Shown here piece after piece: positions 60,537-64,000 of a stretch of 64,000 nt of DNA. This DNA comes from Phycisphaerae bacterium. GTDB lineage: Bacteria; Planctomycetota; Phycisphaerae; UBA1845; DATKUK01. A program made the translations under genes and the position numbers. The stretch lies in the NCBI GenBank assembly GCA_035530655.1, contig DATKUK010000102.1, positions 143,199 through 207,198 on the forward strand, in the 5' to 3' direction. The notes beneath the pieces were generated by a model, which saw only the letters and a list, made by a program, of their open reading frames with translations, ran no database searches and was not told the DNA's origin. Numbering within the stretch: the first letter of the stretch is position 1; every line of letters starts with the position of its first letter.

Positions 60537-61922
60537 TTACTTGCTCGCCAGCAGTTGTTTGGCCTGCCCGACCAGATAGAACGAACCCGCAATGCAGATC
60601 AGATCCTCTCGCGTAACCGCCCGCTTGGCAATCGCGAGCGCCTCGTCCAGCGTCGGTGCCGTCTGAGCCATCTTGCCGGTCAGCTCGACAAACCGGCTGA
60701 GCAACTCTGCCGGCTCAACCGCCTTGGGCGACCCGTTGCGCGTGAAGATGACCTTATCCGCCCCGTAACGGAGTCGGTCCAGCATGCCAGCCACATCCTT
60801 GTCGGCGCTACAGCCAAAGATCAGGACCATCGAGTCATAGGGGATATTCTGGCCGATCGCCCGCATCAACGCATTCACGCTGGCGGCATTGTGGGCTCCA
60901 TCAACCAGAATCCGCGGCTCCTGAGAGAGCATCTCCATCCGCCCCGCCAGCTTGACCGCCGCCAGCCCGTCAATCGCCGCCTGATCCTCAATGTGATGGC
61001 CCTGCTGCTTCAGCGCATCCAGCAATCCCAGTGCCACGCCGCAGTTAATGGCCTGATGCTCGCCCATCAGGGGTACCTGCAGGTGCTCGAAGCGACTCGC
61101 CTGAGTGGTCAGACATACCCGCGTATGGGGCCCGACCAGGCGAGACGACTCGAACCGGTAGCTGAAATCGATGTCCTCACCCGTGATGCGCAGGTCGGTG
61201 TTGACCTTCTGTGCCGCCCTCCTGAGCACTCGCATAACCTCCGGCTCCTGCGGGGCGCTCACGATGGGCACGCCGTTCTTGAAGATCCCTGCCTTCTCCT
61301 CGGCGATGGCGGCCAGCGAGCTACCTAGCTGCTGCTGATGATCCAAACTGATCGTGGTGATCCCGCAGACGTCGGGCTTCAAGACGTTGGTCGAATCCAA
61401 CCGGCCCCCGAGCCCCGTCTCGACCACCGCAATGTCCACATCCTTCTCAGCGAAGTGAAGAAACGCTGCCGCCGTCATGATCTCGAAGAACGTCGGATCG
61501 TCGCTGCGGAGCTGTTTCACCACCGGTGCGATCTTAGCCATCGCCCGGGTCAATTCCGCCTCGCTAATCAGCTTACCATCGACACTGATTCGCTCGCGCA
61601 GATCCACCAAGTGGGGAGAGGTGTAAAGCCCCGTCCGTCGCCCGCATGCTTCCAACATCCGCGCCAACATCGTCGCAGTCGAGCCCTTGCCCTTCGTACC
61701 AGCGATATGCACACTGCGGAAGCTGCGATGCGGGTTGCCCAACCCTTTCAGAAGGCGATTCATCCTCGAAAGGTTGAAGGTCGTGTGGTTGTACCCCACA
61801 CGCGTCAGCTTCTCGTAATCGGTTACAGACCCGAGGAACCTCAGCGCCGCGCGATATGTCCGGATGACCCCGTTGCTGTTCCGCCTCCGGCCAGCCGCTG
61901 TCGTAGCAGATAACTGTGCCAT
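60537..61922 (-). CDS. folC: bifunctional folylpolyglutamate synthase/dihydrofolate synthase
   Basis: The P-loop is VHIAGTKGKGST. It follows the Mur-ligase-family layout. Confidence 0.9.
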   Translation of the reverse strand: MAQLSATTAAGRRRNSNGVIRTYRAALRFLGSVTDYEKLTRVGYNHTTFNLSRMNRLLKGLGNPHRSFRSVHIAGTKGKGSTATMLARMLEACGRRTGLYTSPHLVDLRERISVDGKLISEAELTRAMAKIAPVVKQLRSDDPTFFEIMTAAAFLHFAEKDVDIAVVETGLGGRLDSTNVLKPDVCGITTISLDHQQQLGSSLAAIAEEKAGIFKNGVPIVSAPQEPEVMRVLRRAAQKVNTDLRITGEDIDFSYRFESSRLVGPHTRVCLTTQASRFEHLQVPLMGEHQAINCGVALGLLDALKQQGHHIEDQAAIDGLAAVKLAGRMEMLSQEPRILVDGAHNAASVNALMRAIGQNIPYDSMVLIFGCSADKDVAGMLDRLRYGADKVIFTRNGSPKAVEPAELLSRFVELTGKMAQTAPTLDEALAIAKRAVTREDLICIAGSFYLVGQAKQLLASK

Positions 61923-62691
61923 ATTGCGGGCCCATTCTACCGGCCGTCGGCCCGGCGGTCAAGCCCCTATCGCAGAAGCGATCCTGACCCGGTCGGCACC
62001 GAGCTGATCTTGTAAGATGCTGTACAAAAAGAAGTTAACTCCTGTCCCCCTATTCGCCGATGAACGTTCATATTCAGCTACTTGGCGATCTCGACAGACC
62101 TAAAGTGGCCGTAAGGTTCGATAAAAGCGAACTTTACATACGCGAGCGACGATGCGCCGCCACCGCCTGGGGCCTTTGTGGCGGATAATCATCCACAGCC
62201 CGCGCCCAGACCATCTGCATGGCCTTGCCGGTCGGGAAAGCACCTGCGCATTCTCGTTCGCCGCTGGCCAGCCTTCCGGGCAGTTCCACGCGTTCTATCC
62301 GCTCGGCAGGCATCGCCTATGTGGCTTCAGTGGGGCAACCTGTCACGGACGCCAAGCGATCGCAGTCCACGGCTGGCCCCGGCGCGAGCGGGTCGTTATC
62401 GTAGTGACGCGGTGTCCCGGCACGATGAGGGTGTCCAGCGGACGCCGTCGGACCAACTGATCGGGACTTCAGGCAGCCCCGCAGCCAGCGGGCAAATGTG
62501 GTAACGTTCATTGTGGCAGACTGTTATGCTGTAAACTTTAGCCATTTTCGACCGGGTAATGCCGTTGAGGACCCCCGCTGGAGCCCGCTAGCCAATTCCG
62601 AGCAACTCGGGCCTTGCACAGGAACTTGCCATTAATTTGTAACTCATTGCAGTAGAAGGGATTAACATCCCGCAAAACGGCTAAACTCCAC

Positions 62692-63777
62692 ATGCTCACA
62701 CTCGACGTTAATCTGGGCGATCGCGGGTACCCGGTTCTCATTGGCTCGGGGCTCTTGAATCGTTTTGGTGACCTTTTGGGGCCGCGCCTCGTACCGACAA
62801 GTGCCGTAGTGGTTTCCGACCACACGGTTGCGGGGCTATATGCTGAGCGCCTCCTGACTTCTTTGGGGGAGGCTGGCTGCAGGACGGCGCTACTTGAGGT
62901 CGCGCCGGGCGAGTCGTCGAAGTCGCTTGCGGTGGCCAGCCAGCTATATGACCAACTCAGCGCCCTGGGCGTAGACCGTCAGTCGGCCATCATTGCTCTC
63001 GGCGGCGGCGTGGTGGGCGACTTGAGCGGTTTTGTGGCCGCCACCTGGCTGCGGGGGCTGCCCTTTGTTCAGGTCCCGACTACGCTGGAGGCCGACATCG
63101 ACGCCAGCGTCGGGGGCAAGACGGCCGTCAATCACCCCAGTGGGAAGAACCTCATTGGCGCCTTTCACCAGCCACGACTTGTGATCATCGACGTCGAATG
63201 CCTCCGCACGCTCGATAAGCGTGACCTGCGTGCCGGCTTGGCCGAAAGCATCAAACACGCCGCCATCCGCGACGCAGATTTCTTCGTGTGGCAGCGTGAG
63301 CGTGCCAACCTGATCCTCGGCGGCGACGAGGCTGTGTTGGCCGAACTCATCCAGCGTAACTGTCGGATTAAGGCGGAGGTCGTCGCGGAGGACGAGCGCG
63401 AGGCCGGACTGAGGGCGATCCTGAATTTCGGGCATACCATCGGGCACGCCATTGAGGCGGAATGTCAGTTCGGACTTAGGCACGGCGAGTGTGTGGCGTT
63501 GGGAATGATAGCCGCCAATCACATTGCCACGCACCGCGGCCTGCTCGACCCGGATCAGGCCAGGCAGATCCGCGATCTCACTGAGCGGTTGCAGCTTCCT
63601 TGCAGGCTGCCCCAGCGGCTGGATGCAGACGCTCTCGGACGCCGTATGCGTCACGACAAAAAATTCCTAGCGGGTCACATGCGGTTTGTTCTGGTCGACC
63701 GAATCGGCCAAGCCCGGATCGTGGACGACGTCGGCAATGCTGAGGTCGTTGGCGCGTTGGTCGCGATTCAGCCCTGA
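62692..63777 (+). CDS. aroB: 3-dehydroquinate synthase
   Basis: It reads ALGGGVVGDLSGFVAATWLRG (Rossmann/NAD), VPTTLEADIDASVGGKTAVNHP, and the metal-site motifs GHTIGHAIE...HGECVA. Confidence 0.9.
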   Translation: MLTLDVNLGDRGYPVLIGSGLLNRFGDLLGPRLVPTSAVVVSDHTVAGLYAERLLTSLGEAGCRTALLEVAPGESSKSLAVASQLYDQLSALGVDRQSAIIALGGGVVGDLSGFVAATWLRGLPFVQVPTTLEADIDASVGGKTAVNHPSGKNLIGAFHQPRLVIIDVECLRTLDKRDLRAGLAESIKHAAIRDADFFVWQRERANLILGGDEAVLAELIQRNCRIKAEVVAEDEREAGLRAILNFGHTIGHAIEAECQFGLRHGECVALGMIAANHIATHRGLLDPDQARQIRDLTERLQLPCRLPQRLDADALGRRMRHDKKFLAGHMRFVLVDRIGQARIVDDVGNAEVVGALVAIQP

Positions 63778-64000
63778 CTTGTCTCGGGCAGGACCACCGG
63801 TCAGGGCGGGCTCGCACGGACCGCCATATCCGGCCTCTGCGCCTAGCACACCGGTTCTGGCGATCGGGTAGCCGGGTCGGTTGCCCTGACCCGGCTCCCA
63901 CACCACCGTACGTACGGTTCCGTATACGGCGGTTCACGAGGAACACGCAAGACGTCGATGCTCTTCCATCAGGCTGATGAGGCCCAGTCCGCGCAACTCA

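Noticed and set aside
60404-60600. I searched for a canonical PyrR binding loop (ARUCCAGAGAGGCU) in the pyrR leader and the folC 3' end.
   Set aside because: No match was found on the transcribed strand. Only the terminator hairpin is reported.
61923-62691. I searched for RNase P, tmRNA and SRP RNA signatures in the large folC-aroB intergenic region.
   Set aside because: There are no GGAAAGUCCGG or AGGGUGAAA RNase P boxes and no tmRNA GGUUCGAUUCC tail. A CCGGAAGG-like segment on the minus strand near 62270 lacks the flanking SRP helix-8 sequence. I kept only the repeat observation.
63578-63946. Minus-strand ORFs of 79-122 aa at the right window edge that overlap the aroB 3' end.
   Set aside because: They overlap the well-supported aroB gene and are Arg/Pro-rich. 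A minus-strand gene may begin beyond the window, but nothing interpretable lies inside it.

Overview
This is a 64 kb, high-GC bacterial chromosomal segment with about 55 protein-coding genes, most on one strand in compact operons. I found no rRNA, tRNA or CRISPR array. The gene content fits a Planctomycetota-like organism: a giant repetitive surface lipoprotein, a TAT-exported DUF362 protein paired with a polyferredoxin, a split coaC/coaB, and an NfeD-flotillin pair. The left 8 kb looks accessory. It holds a truncated IS1380/IS4-like transposase fragment, a long perfect palindrome, a strikingly AT-rich polytopic membrane-protein gene, and a tight co-directional run of seven small-molecule-modifying enzymes. 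Those seven are two pol-beta-type nucleotidyltransferases, an isochorismatase-like hydrolase, a sulfotransferase, a GrpB, a SAM methyltransferase and an APH-like kinase. The rest is mostly housekeeping. It includes a GH36 alpha-galactosidase and eno with a downstream FtsB-like gene. A 10 kb plus-strand block runs from the 1744-aa repeat lipoprotein through a membrane-anchored protein to TAT-DUF362 and a NapH-like polyferredoxin. Further along are a Fur-family regulator, glyQS with a long leader, an ArsR-like regulator, fabF and a class V aminotransferase. MltA, a GT2, a HEAT-repeat protein, a radical SAM/SPASM enzyme, a TolB-like protein and NfeD-flotillin-AAA ATPase follow. The final third carries pheA-DAHP synthase-tpiA-secG, yicC-gmk-rpoZ-coaC-coaB, nptA-phoU, ftsK, pyrR-pyrB-pyrC, folC and aroB. 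Several short AT-rich islands in otherwise GC-rich intergenic DNA carry TGTTATAA(T) boxes and perfect palindromes. All product calls rest on motifs I read in the translations. I ran no database search.
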